Positions 17,769-26,435 of a stretch of 44,163 bases of DNA are shown one piece after another. The notes under the pieces were generated by a model. That model saw only the letters and a program-made list of their open reading frames with translations, made no database searches and had not been told where the DNA came from. The translations under genes were made by a program, and so were the position numbers. This DNA is from a virus: IMG/VR virus record IMGVR_UViG_3300019886_000002; one strand, given 5' to 3'. Position 1 is the stretch's first letter. Each line of letters starts with the position of its first letter.

Positions 17769-18470
17769 TTAATACCAGCCCTCAGTTGCGTTGTAGTTGA
17801 ATGGGTTGGTAAAGGCGCTGGCTTGAACATCTCGAACGTCTCTAACGGTCTGCTGTCCCTGGCCATCCTGCCACTGTGCTGACTCAATAACGTCTGCCCA
17901 GCGTTCACCCAGCTTAGACCTCAAAGCGGAAGAATCATCGTCTTCCTTATCCTTAGCATCCGCGGCAACAGTTAGGATGATTAGCTCGTCTGAACCCGCA
18001 GGACCATACCAGTTGTCGGTATCCGCTACAAACCCAGCAAACTGTGGAATGTATCGAACCTCGTACAGGCCCTGCGTTGGTGTAGGGAAAAATTCAATAG
18101 CAGAAGCAGTAGTTGCGCCACCCGTAATCTGATAGGCCGAGCTAGGCCCACCCTGGGAGGAAACGTTCATAAAGTCCGCAAACTCTTCTAGCTTAAGCCG
18201 TCGGAGGGGGACTCGGGAAGTGGTACCGTCAATTCTCTGTACAGAGAGGACGGTTTGAACATCTGTGCCGAGCGTATAGGACAGCGCCCCATTCGCGGTA
18301 ATTGACACAGTAGTTCGGTTAGGGACCCAGCCTGAAGCAACCAAGCGCCGATAGACTGCCGACGCAGCACGATCGAGTAGGTCATTGTATGACTCATCGG
18401 TCGGATAGTCAGAGTTTTCCTGGTCTGCAGCAATGCGGGACGAGGTTCGTAGTTGCGCTCGATTACTCAT
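17769..18470 (-). CDS. head-tail adaptor / tail tubular protein A-like
   Basis: 233 aa. Called on position only. Confidence 0.4.
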   Translation of the reverse strand: MSNRAQLRTSSRIAADQENSDYPTDESYNDLLDRAASAVYRRLVASGWVPNRTTVSITANGALSYTLGTDVQTVLSVQRIDGTTSRVPLRRLKLEEFADFMNVSSQGGPSSAYQITGGATTASAIEFFPTPTQGLYEVRYIPQFAGFVADTDNWYGPAGSDELIILTVAADAKDKEDDDSSALRSKLGERWADVIESAQWQDGQGQQTVRDVRDVQASAFTNPFNYNATEGWY

Positions 18471-18489
18471 GGTTGGTCCGTGTTAGTGG

Positions 18490-18894
18490 TTAGATCTTGT
18501 GCTTTTGGAAGGTAACGCGAACACCAACAAAGCCTTGGGCTTGGTCAGCCGCGGCAGGGGTGGCGTTGGTATTACCAGTAACAACCGTAAGCACCGTAGT
18601 ACTTCCTCCGGAAGCAGTCGGTGCACCAGTACCCAGGCCAACGGCCGTGATATTGGTAACGATGCTTCGAGGCGTGGCGTCACGATAGGTACCCATTGCG
18701 CTCATAGTCTTCTGGAAATTGCCAGGGACCGTAAGCGAATAAGTACCGGCGCCGGTACGGACTGCAACAAACAAAGGCTCCGACGTAGTGTTTCCACTCG
18801 CGTCAGGAACAATTGCCCCAGCAGCCGTAATGTTCCACTCGCAGTGGATATGCCACAGGTCGGAGGATTCTGAATATTGCTGATTAGTAGCCAT
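18490..18894 (-). CDS. hypothetical capsid-associated protein
   Basis: ATG 18894 has AGGAG 6 nt upstream. Beta-rich and Thr/Gly/Ala-rich. Lies directly after the capsid gene. Confidence 0.55.
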   Translation of the reverse strand: MATNQQYSESSDLWHIHCEWNITAAGAIVPDASGNTTSEPLFVAVRTGAGTYSLTVPGNFQKTMSAMGTYRDATPRSIVTNITAVGLGTGAPTASGGSTTVLTVVTGNTNATPAAADQAQGFVGVRVTFQKHKI

Positions 18895-18955
18895 TGTAGC
18901 TCCTAGGGAGAAAAGGGGAGGGCCCACATTGAGCCCAACCCCGAATTACTCTAGC

Positions 18956-20188
18956 TTACAGGCTGCAAGAGAAGGTACCGTTGGCACCCGGCTTGTAGCA
19001 AACCAGCTGAGCGTAATAGCGTGCACGGATCTCGATTTGGTCAAGAGCCTGGCGACGCAGAGCGCGAACACCATCATCCATCACGATATGAGGCAGGTCA
19101 AGCAAGTGCTTAAGACGCCACGTATCCGTCTGAACGATATAACCACGAATATCCGGGCAATCAGGGTCCGGGGTGAGCTTCAGGGCGCCCACAGACGTAT
19201 GAATGTTGACCGTGCTGAAACTAAACTCAGCCTGGCCACCAGCATTCTCGTACTCAACCTTTGCATTGAGCCGCTTGGCAATCTTGGAGAACTGCCGAGG
19301 CGACACAAACACGCGGTCTGGCCGTGCACCACGTTCACACATGATCTCAGCCAGTTCAACGATGGTATCCTCTGCAGGAACCGAAGGCTGATCAAGACGA
19401 GAGCCAGCAAGACGCGTAGGATGGACCGTACGGTTGATGTTATTGAACAGGGTTGCAGATGGAGAGGCCAGCGGAACCCAGGCATCAAGGCCCTGGAGCT
19501 TCAGGTTGGTATCGCCAGCAGCCGCAAACCAGTCAAGGTTGGTAGTACCGGTAACCGAGTTAAGGGCCGCGGTAAAGGTGATAATACCTTGGTCCTCATC
19601 GACGGACAGCACCGTATTGACAGCACCACCGTTACGGAGGGCACCACCAGGCGTTGGACCAGTCTGTGACTCATACTGCCCACCAACCACGAAGAACTTC
19701 GCATCACTACGAGTAGTCAGTGTGGCAATGGCAGTCGCAACGTTGGTACCCGCAGAAATCTGTCCGCAAGCACCAGTACCATCACGGAAGAGCGCATGCG
19801 CCATGGAGTTACCGAGCTGGGTGATAAGCCCGTCGATTTCCATCTTGCGTGCCTCAACAAAAGCCCCCCGATCATTGGCCGTCTTGTAGACAGTCAACAT
19901 GTTAAGCCACGTGGCCGCGTAATCGCTCGCCAGGAAGCAAAGGAACTTCACATGCTTCGATGGGCCGATTGGACCAGACGCACCGAGCACAGTACCAATA
20001 CCAGCAGACCGACCCGGAGGCAGGTCATAAATCACAGGAATAACCATGTGATCGCCAGTTGCATTATCATCCTTGGGCACAAGCGACATGAAAGGATGGT
20101 TACGGAGCATCATATCCGTGGGAAGGCCCGGCGGATAAAGCTCCTTCAAAAGCGCGTTCCATTGAACGTCGCCAACTACAGTAGCCAT
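18956..20188 (-). CDS. major capsid protein
   Basis: 410 aa immediately after the scaffold-like gene. Called on position and size; no motif-level proof. Confidence 0.65.
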   Translation of the reverse strand: MATVVGDVQWNALLKELYPPGLPTDMMLRNHPFMSLVPKDDNATGDHMVIPVIYDLPPGRSAGIGTVLGASGPIGPSKHVKFLCFLASDYAATWLNMLTVYKTANDRGAFVEARKMEIDGLITQLGNSMAHALFRDGTGACGQISAGTNVATAIATLTTRSDAKFFVVGGQYESQTGPTPGGALRNGGAVNTVLSVDEDQGIITFTAALNSVTGTTNLDWFAAAGDTNLKLQGLDAWVPLASPSATLFNNINRTVHPTRLAGSRLDQPSVPAEDTIVELAEIMCERGARPDRVFVSPRQFSKIAKRLNAKVEYENAGGQAEFSFSTVNIHTSVGALKLTPDPDCPDIRGYIVQTDTWRLKHLLDLPHIVMDDGVRALRRQALDQIEIRARYYAQLVCYKPGANGTFSCSL

Positions 20189-20198
20189 AAATTATTAC

Positions 20199-21170
20199 CT
20201 AGTCCTGCGGAGGACCGAATGCCACAGCAGCCGCTCGGGCAATTAATTGCTTGTCCGTAAGCTTCGACTGAGGCTTTTTGTTAAGTGTAACGATCTTGAA
20301 CGGGTCATCTCCGCTATCATCTGCGGGCGCAGTCTGCTTGGTAACTCGGCTAGGAGTTGGTTTGGCTTGCTCGGCCGGTGGTGCAGTCTTGGGAGCCTTG
20401 CGGTTTTCCAGGACTTTGGCAACGTTGATAGGACTCAGGTCTGCCTGTGTTCCCGCACGTGTAGCTGCCGTTGCAATTTCACGTGCTGTGGCGAACAGCG
20501 CCGCCGCGTAACTTTCATGGTCCTTGCCGAACCACGCTTGGGACATTGGATAAGTCCCAGGTTTGAATTCTGCCACGCCCGCTTTGAGCGATGCAGTATA
20601 TTGATTTTCTAATTCTTTACCACGAGTGGCCTGTGCCGCCGTTTGGGACTTCTGGGCCTTCTCTTCGCGCTCACGGTCGCGATTTTCGTTGGCCTCTCGG
20701 TCACGCATCATCTGCGCCTCTACGAGATTGGCACGGTGGTCAGGTGGCATCTTGTCTGGCACGAGGGAATACATGATTCCCTGGGCAGTAAGCGCCAACT
20801 CCTTTTCGGAATAGCCTAGCTTCCTAAGCCAACCCGCAGGATCAAGAATACGATTGGCCTTAGCCTTCTCGTTGTCTGCAATCTTGGCTTCAGCCTCTTC
20901 AGCACGCTTCTTATAGGAATCTCGTTCCTGTGCGTCCTTCAGGGCTTGCTCCCTGTCCTGGCGATCCTTGTTGATAGCGTCAAGAAGGGCCTTGCCGTCC
21001 ACTAGGGCGGGCTTATCTGTGACAGGTGGGGTCTTGGAAGGGTCCTCCGACTGACCGTCCTGTGGGGCTTCTAGCGCGTTAGCAATGTCCAGGTTTTCAG
21101 GGGCTGCAGTGGGTTCCGGCGAAACCGCACCAGTGTCATCGGCAATGACTGTACTAGGGGAGAATAACAT
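20199..21170 (-). CDS. scaffolding protein
   Basis: 323 aa, highly charged, Ala/Lys/Glu-rich and helical. Lies between portal and capsid. Confidence 0.6.
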   Translation of the reverse strand: MLFSPSTVIADDTGAVSPEPTAAPENLDIANALEAPQDGQSEDPSKTPPVTDKPALVDGKALLDAINKDRQDREQALKDAQERDSYKKRAEEAEAKIADNEKAKANRILDPAGWLRKLGYSEKELALTAQGIMYSLVPDKMPPDHRANLVEAQMMRDREANENRDREREEKAQKSQTAAQATRGKELENQYTASLKAGVAEFKPGTYPMSQAWFGKDHESYAAALFATAREIATAATRAGTQADLSPINVAKVLENRKAPKTAPPAEQAKPTPSRVTKQTAPADDSGDDPFKIVTLNKKPQSKLTDKQLIARAAAVAFGPPQD

Positions 21171-21192
21171 AGGTCCTTATTGGTAACGAGAG

Positions 21193-23115
21193 TTACATAT
21201 TCTGACGTGACATGCCGTTACCCATTGGCGCTAGGCCTTGTGCAGCAGCAAGTGACAATCCGGGGGCTGGAGCTTGCTGGATCCCGGCAGGCTGGACCCC
21301 GGAGGGTAGCCCTCCTGGTCCTGCAGCACCCGGCATCATCGGGGTTGGAGGATGCATCATTGCATCACATTCACTCATAAACCGGCGTTGGAGCTTGAGA
21401 ACCTTCTCTGGGGCTCCACCCATTTCTGCATTAAGGTAGTCTGCTTTGACAGTATCTAATTGTGCTTGTAGATCCCCGTATTCACACGGAGGGTTGTAGC
21501 GTAGATTCATTAGCTCACAGGAGATCCACTCGGCATACTCTAATGCCGCGTTGTACTTTTTGTCGGTGCGCTCAATGTCGGGATGCTCAATTAGACGTCG
21601 GCCCTCCTCGGGAGGAATCCAACCAGTCTGAGACAATTCGATTGCCGCCTGAAGTCGGCCACTTGGAGACAGGTCGCTAAGGCTGGAGGCCTCAACACGA
21701 ATCTCGTATTGTTCGGTCTCTAGCTCCACCTCATCCCAAGGAATCTGCATAACTAGCTTCTTGCTAGACCACTTGACGGAAGGTGAAACCTCCGTGTTCT
21801 TGTAGTGTGCCTTGTAGAGGGCTAGGGCCTTGGTGGCCGTCTCACGCCCAACAGCGGCTTCCCAACGCTGAGACACTGGGGCAAAGCGCTGTCCCTCTTT
21901 GAACGTATACTCTCGCTGCGCAGGAGCAGACTCAATCCCAGGTGGGAGTTGGTTATTCGCGGACATCTGCGAAATACCCTCGTCCTCAAACCCACCAGAC
22001 TCTAGTTGATCAAGCCACTTATAGATCTCTTGGCCTACGGCTTGTGGAGTTTGGAATACCGGCGGTCGGCCGTGCACCCCAACGATCTCACCAATTTCAT
22101 TAGAGACCTGGATCTTGAGGGGGCCATTAGTGGCGTCGACCCAGACGCGTGGAACTGCAATTAAGTCTTGACAGCGCTGGACCCATCGATATAGATAATT
22201 GATCCGCTTTTGTCGACCATACTGCCGGTATGCCACTCCATCGCCATAGAATCCGGATACGGGAGGAGACCAGTAAAGCACCACAATTGGTGCCCATGGG
22301 TGCTTCCAGGGGCCAGACTCCAACTCCAACCCATCACAGGCGAATATGTGTAGTCCATCGTCAGTGTCTCGGTCAACGTGCCAGGCTTCCACGATAACCA
22401 CGTGGTCGCGGGGAACGTTTCGCTGTCCGGGCCAGGCGCCAGGTGACTTTCCACTTGCGGCAATAATGGCATCGATAATCTCCGGGTTTTCTTTGCCCCA
22501 ACGAGCGACGGCCTTATAGACTGGCATCGTGTGGCGCAGGTAGTAGTTTTCAGGCTGTGGAATCTCAGAGCACTCTTGTTCATCCACAATGAGGTCATCC
22601 ATTAGGATTCGCTCAGCATAGACATGATAATCTGGCTTGGTACGCTCGCGTAGAACGTAGGCGCCAGTACCAAAAATGGTGCTATCTCGAAACGCGGTCT
22701 GTGCCGCTTCGTAGATGTGTCCGCGGTTGTAGACACCCACGAGGAACTTGTCTAGAAGCGAAGCCTTGCGCTGGAGGTCCCAATCACCGCCATCTGTCAC
22801 AATCCGGGGCCGAGGCAGGTTCTTACCAATCAAGGCTGTAGCAGTGTCACAGACTGACCGAACCACGTTACGTGTGGCCTGAACCAGGGGCCGGGAATAG
22901 CCAGTTGGGCTAGCCCAAGAAAACCCCACAGGAAGGTAAGATGCGTAAATCTCGGCATGACGCCGATTACCCGAAGCAATGCTAGACTGCCGGAAATCCA
23001 CATGGCGAAGAGTCTGCATCAACACGCGTGCGCGCTCTAGGCCCTCGGTTTCTTGAAACCACAGGGTATCCGGTTGCTTGACGGTCTGGCCGTTACCTAG
23101 GATAATAGTTTCCAT
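21193..23115 (-). CDS. portal protein
   Basis: 640 aa downstream of the large terminase. Called on size and position. Confidence 0.7.
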   Translation of the reverse strand: METIILGNGQTVKQPDTLWFQETEGLERARVLMQTLRHVDFRQSSIASGNRRHAEIYASYLPVGFSWASPTGYSRPLVQATRNVVRSVCDTATALIGKNLPRPRIVTDGGDWDLQRKASLLDKFLVGVYNRGHIYEAAQTAFRDSTIFGTGAYVLRERTKPDYHVYAERILMDDLIVDEQECSEIPQPENYYLRHTMPVYKAVARWGKENPEIIDAIIAASGKSPGAWPGQRNVPRDHVVIVEAWHVDRDTDDGLHIFACDGLELESGPWKHPWAPIVVLYWSPPVSGFYGDGVAYRQYGRQKRINYLYRWVQRCQDLIAVPRVWVDATNGPLKIQVSNEIGEIVGVHGRPPVFQTPQAVGQEIYKWLDQLESGGFEDEGISQMSANNQLPPGIESAPAQREYTFKEGQRFAPVSQRWEAAVGRETATKALALYKAHYKNTEVSPSVKWSSKKLVMQIPWDEVELETEQYEIRVEASSLSDLSPSGRLQAAIELSQTGWIPPEEGRRLIEHPDIERTDKKYNAALEYAEWISCELMNLRYNPPCEYGDLQAQLDTVKADYLNAEMGGAPEKVLKLQRRFMSECDAMMHPPTPMMPGAAGPGGLPSGVQPAGIQQAPAPGLSLAAAQGLAPMGNGMSRQNM

Positions 23116-23387
23116 TACTCGTCGTCTGACTCTAGGTCAGCCTTTCGTTTCCAGTCGCCTTGCGCAGACGGTGCCAGCTCAGGTTCCGGGAAGGTGGGGT
23201 CAGGGGGCATAAACTGGACAGCCAAGTCACCTAGACGAAACGCCACAACGGCATGTGCCTCGGCAACAGTAAGAAGCTCGTCAAATTCCGCCGCGGTCAA
23301 ACGTGGAGTCTTGAGATCCTGCCCACCAGTCGTGGTCAAGTCTTGAATCATCCGGTTGTTTAGTTCTGAGATATTCTTTGACGGCAT
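23115..23387 (-). CDS. hypothetical protein overlapping the terminase 3' end
   Basis: TAATG coupling to the portal start. ATG 23387 has AGGA 8 nt upstream. Overlaps TerL by about 107 nt in the +1 frame. Confidence 0.4.
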   Translation of the reverse strand: MPSKNISELNNRMIQDLTTTGGQDLKTPRLTAAEFDELLTVAEAHAVVAFRLGDLAVQFMPPDPTFPEPELAPSAQGDWKRKADLESDDE

Positions 23388-24858
23388 CTGCCATTTCCTT
23401 AGCTTGTTTCTTGATCCACCAGTCGGCCGAACCCTGTAGAGGTTGCCTGTCTGGGGGTTGGGCTCGTCGGTGGTCACACCATCGCCAGCCGTAAAGGTGA
23501 GCGTCGCATAGGTCGTTAGGGGTCCGAGGATCCTCTTTGCGCTTAGGAGTCCCTAGGCTCTTTTCTAGCCACCGATTGGTTATCAGTTCCTTGCTAAGCT
23601 CAGTCCCTGCCAGGATGTGAATCCGGCCGGCATCGTATTCGCCGTTAAGAATCTCGATAAAATCGTTCTTCTCTTTTTTCTCGGCGGGTTCAAACGGCAA
23701 GCCATGAACACTGGCTAGCTCACTCAAAACTTTGGTAGCAAGACCACCAGAATCGGCAGTCATCACGTCGGGGAGATTGTCACAGAAGGTGTCACGGACC
23801 TGATGAATCCAACCGGCTAGATTCGTGATATTAAGCTTGGGTTTCTTCTCTGCGTAAACTGTGAAGATATCAAAGCTAGTGGTAGCGTATGCCCATACAA
23901 CGATGGCGTCTGCGTCGTGATAACCAATATCCAGGGCAAGAACCTTACGCCAGACATGGCCTACAGGTAACTCACCGTCATATTCATGAATGCTGGGAAC
24001 GAAACGATATACCAGCTTGTCTTTGCTAGCAACCCACTGGCCCAAGTACTCTCGTCGCCAAGTCGGGTGATTGTCTGTCCATCGCCGCAAGGCTTTGGTT
24101 TTGAGTGCTGCCTCCCATAGGTGGGGCACTTCGGTATTGTCTCTAAGGGTCCACGTGTGAAAGGACCATACAAACGGCACGTCGGCGGGTTCACCAAATC
24201 GGTGATTAGTGGCGTGGCGGTCTTCATCGGGGCCAAAGTATACCGGCGGTTCACATGTGGCTTCATAAAAAGGCCCAGCAAGAATGTCACCAGGCGTGCC
24301 AACCAGGATTAGACTACCGTGTCTATCCAGCAGTGCTGGCTCAATAACGTCTTGAACTAGTTCGGTAAAAACCACCGGACTAAACGACTTGCACTCATCA
24401 ACGATTACGCCATCGTATTGGCCACCACGAAGCTTTTCAATCTCACTACGGGATTCAGCACCGCGATAGAGAATTACGCTGCCATTAGGGAAGTTGGCGG
24501 AAAGCTCAACCTCCTTGAAGAACACCCCAAGCTCAAGATCCTGTGACAGGCGCTTAGTTAGGGTCCAGAAAATTTGTTGTACCGAAGGCCTTGTCAAGCC
24601 GACGATTACCCAGACGGAACCTGGTTTACGTAGGCAGGCCTCTAGTGCAACAGACAGAACAAACCATGACTTGCCTGCACGTCGGGGACATCTGACAGAC
24701 TTCCGTATGGAGGGGTCTGAAGCCGCCACAGCCTGGACCGGCATGCGAGACCCAGCTATGAAGTCTGCGCGCTCCAGGTCGGTAGTGGGCTTGGATTTCT
24801 CTATCCTGGCTTTGACCTGGGAAAAGAGATGACCAAGTAGATGGTCCCGACTGGCCAC
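23281..24858 (-). CDS. terL: terminase large subunit
   Basis: Walker A-like CPRRAGKSW, Walker B GVIVDECKSF, and nuclease-domain acidic motifs LALDIGYHDADAIVVWA and PNDLCDAHLY. Confidence 0.85.
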   Translation of the reverse strand: MASRDHLLGHLFSQVKARIEKSKPTTDLERADFIAGSRMPVQAVAASDPSIRKSVRCPRRAGKSWFVLSVALEACLRKPGSVWVIVGLTRPSVQQIFWTLTKRLSQDLELGVFFKEVELSANFPNGSVILYRGAESRSEIEKLRGGQYDGVIVDECKSFSPVVFTELVQDVIEPALLDRHGSLILVGTPGDILAGPFYEATCEPPVYFGPDEDRHATNHRFGEPADVPFVWSFHTWTLRDNTEVPHLWEAALKTKALRRWTDNHPTWRREYLGQWVASKDKLVYRFVPSIHEYDGELPVGHVWRKVLALDIGYHDADAIVVWAYATTSFDIFTVYAEKKPKLNITNLAGWIHQVRDTFCDNLPDVMTADSGGLATKVLSELASVHGLPFEPAEKKEKNDFIEILNGEYDAGRIHILAGTELSKELITNRWLEKSLGTPKRKEDPRTPNDLCDAHLYGWRWCDHRRAQPPDRQPLQGSADWWIKKQAKEMADAVKEYLRTKQPDDSRLDHDWWAGSQDSTFDRGGI

Positions 24859-24861
24859 GGT

Positions 24862-25131
24862 CTAGGCCTCGTAGGAAACTACGGTCCCGGATGGCATGGG
24901 CAGCAACACAAACAACTCTGGTGTAGGAAGACCCACAGGAGTGTGTGCGTTGGCAAAATGAACCTCGATTAGGTATGCACCAAGACGGACGTGAACTTCG
25001 ATGGCGGCAGGATCCAATAGACGTGGGCGGGAGTATTTTCCTGGCTCTTCAACGGCACGTAGATCCCATGACCGTTCGACAACTGAACCCCCAGGAACAG
25101 GGCACACTTGATCACGACCAAAGTCCACCAT
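24862..25131 (-). CDS. hypothetical protein
   Basis: The ORF is open from 25335 (TTG) and overlaps the GNAT gene. The first ATG after the GNAT stop is 25131. Start unresolved. Confidence 0.4.
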   Translation of the reverse strand: MVDFGRDQVCPVPGGSVVERSWDLRAVEEPGKYSRPRLLDPAAIEVHVRLGAYLIEVHFANAHTPVGLPTPELFVLLPMPSGTVVSYEA

Positions 25132-25160
25132 GAGACGTGTAACAGGGACACCATTGACAA

Positions 25161-25601
25161 CTAGCTTTCGGCCAGCTGGTACCGCGACTGTAGCTGCCGG
25201 GACCGACGGCGGTTTTTGAGCTTCATCCTGGCATCCGAGGTTGACCACGTGGCTGGACTTGCTAGTGACTGACTTGCTTCGAGCAGGCGTCGACAAAGAC
25301 CCTTGCCGCGAAACTTCGGCTTTATTTGTATCCAATGGAGTATCTCTCCGGCCTCGGCTACGACGTAACCTAGGATGTCTTTGGGTGCATCGACTGGGCA
25401 GGCAATGACAACCATTACCTTGGGGTCGGAAAGCACACGGTTGATGTATTCCCGATGCGCGGGAAACCAGATGTCGTCTGGAAGGGCTGAGGAATCTGCA
25501 TGACGCAAATCCCGTAGCCAGGTTGAATAAACAAACTTTAGGTCTTCAGGCAGCCCAGGGCGAAGCTTTGCAACCTCATCTAGGCTAATGGATTGACTCA
25601 T
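25161..25601 (-). CDS. GNAT-family acetyltransferase-like protein
   Basis: ILGYVVAEAGEILHWIQIKPKFRGKGLCRRLLEA matches the acetyl-CoA-binding motif R/Q-x-x-G-x-G/A. Confidence 0.6.
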   Translation of the reverse strand: MSQSISLDEVAKLRPGLPEDLKFVYSTWLRDLRHADSSALPDDIWFPAHREYINRVLSDPKVMVVIACPVDAPKDILGYVVAEAGEILHWIQIKPKFRGKGLCRRLLEASQSLASPATWSTSDARMKLKNRRRSRQLQSRYQLAES

Positions 25602-26049
25602 GAGGCAGCTCCTCTACAGGCCCTGGCTTCTCAGCCTGGGTAATCATGGAATCTATAAGCCGCCGACGATAGGGACCAGGCAAGGACCTAGTCCACTCTA
25701 GAAACAGCGCGGCTTTCTCTTGAAACGACATGGCATCCACGGCGTCTGCTCCGTCTTGGATAACCTTGCGAGCGGAATCGATAAGCTTGGCCAGCACATT
25801 GGCAATAGACCGGGCTTCTTGAGCAATGATAGGATCGAAGGTTACCGCGGCTTTGTTAGCGTTGCGGGCCTTGGTAAGCTGACTCCGCAAAAGCCCCACA
25901 GCCTCAGAAGCCACGGTAGCCAGTGGTACCGAATCATCATCAGCTTCAGCCGTGACAATCAGGTGCTTCTTGACAGGCAAGCACAACGAACACCCAGCCT
26001 CAGACGTCAGAGGATGGCGACAACCACGACATGTAAGTGTTTCCATCAT
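25585..26049 (-). CDS. hypothetical zinc-ribbon protein (possible small terminase; speculative)
   Basis: N-terminal CRGCRHP...CSLC followed by a helical region. Lies upstream of the packaging genes. Confidence 0.5.
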   Translation of the reverse strand: MMETLTCRGCRHPLTSEAGCSLCLPVKKHLIVTAEADDDSVPLATVASEAVGLLRSQLTKARNANKAAVTFDPIIAQEARSIANVLAKLIDSARKVIQDGADAVDAMSFQEKAALFLEWTRSLPGPYRRRLIDSMITQAEKPGPVEELPHESIH

Positions 26050-26432
26050 TAGAGGAAATTAACCACATCTTTAATGCGCATCTGGGTTGGGGCATACACG
26101 TAGTACCGCGTACCGTCCGTGAAGCCAGCAACTATATCCATCCAGTAAATACCGGCAACCACAGCGGTAAAGTCTGCCGGGTTAAATGTAATGGTAAACT
26201 GACCCAGAGTAACGCCAGACTGTGTAAGAATGGTAACACCCGACCCAATGGCCTTGTGCAGGATGCCAGGATCCGCAACCCCTGGACGAGTCTTAACCTC
26301 AAACTCCAGCAAGTTACAGCCGCCATGAAACGTGGTGAGGTTCATGGGGGTGTTGTTATTATTTGGGTCCAAGACCGTGCCAGTAATGACGCGACTCTCA
26401 AAACGTAGCAATATAAGCGGAACTTGAATCAT
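26049..26432 (-). CDS. hypothetical protein (tail-fibre-associated by position)
   Basis: 127-aa ORF with TAATG coupling to the next gene. Confidence 0.55.
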   Translation of the reverse strand: MIQVPLILLRFESRVITGTVLDPNNNNTPMNLTTFHGGCNLLEFEVKTRPGVADPGILHKAIGSGVTILTQSGVTLGQFTITFNPADFTAVVAGIYWMDIVAGFTDGTRYYVYAPTQMRIKDVVNFL

Positions 26433-26435
26433 ACA

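Noticed and set aside
8710-20612. Many 60-190-aa ORFs antisense to or out of frame with the large late genes (for example 10319-10900, 12661-13065, 14785-15249, 18929-19669)
   Set aside because: They are fully embedded in long, well-supported minus-strand genes. They have Arg/Ser/Pro-rich compositions and no ribosome-binding sites.
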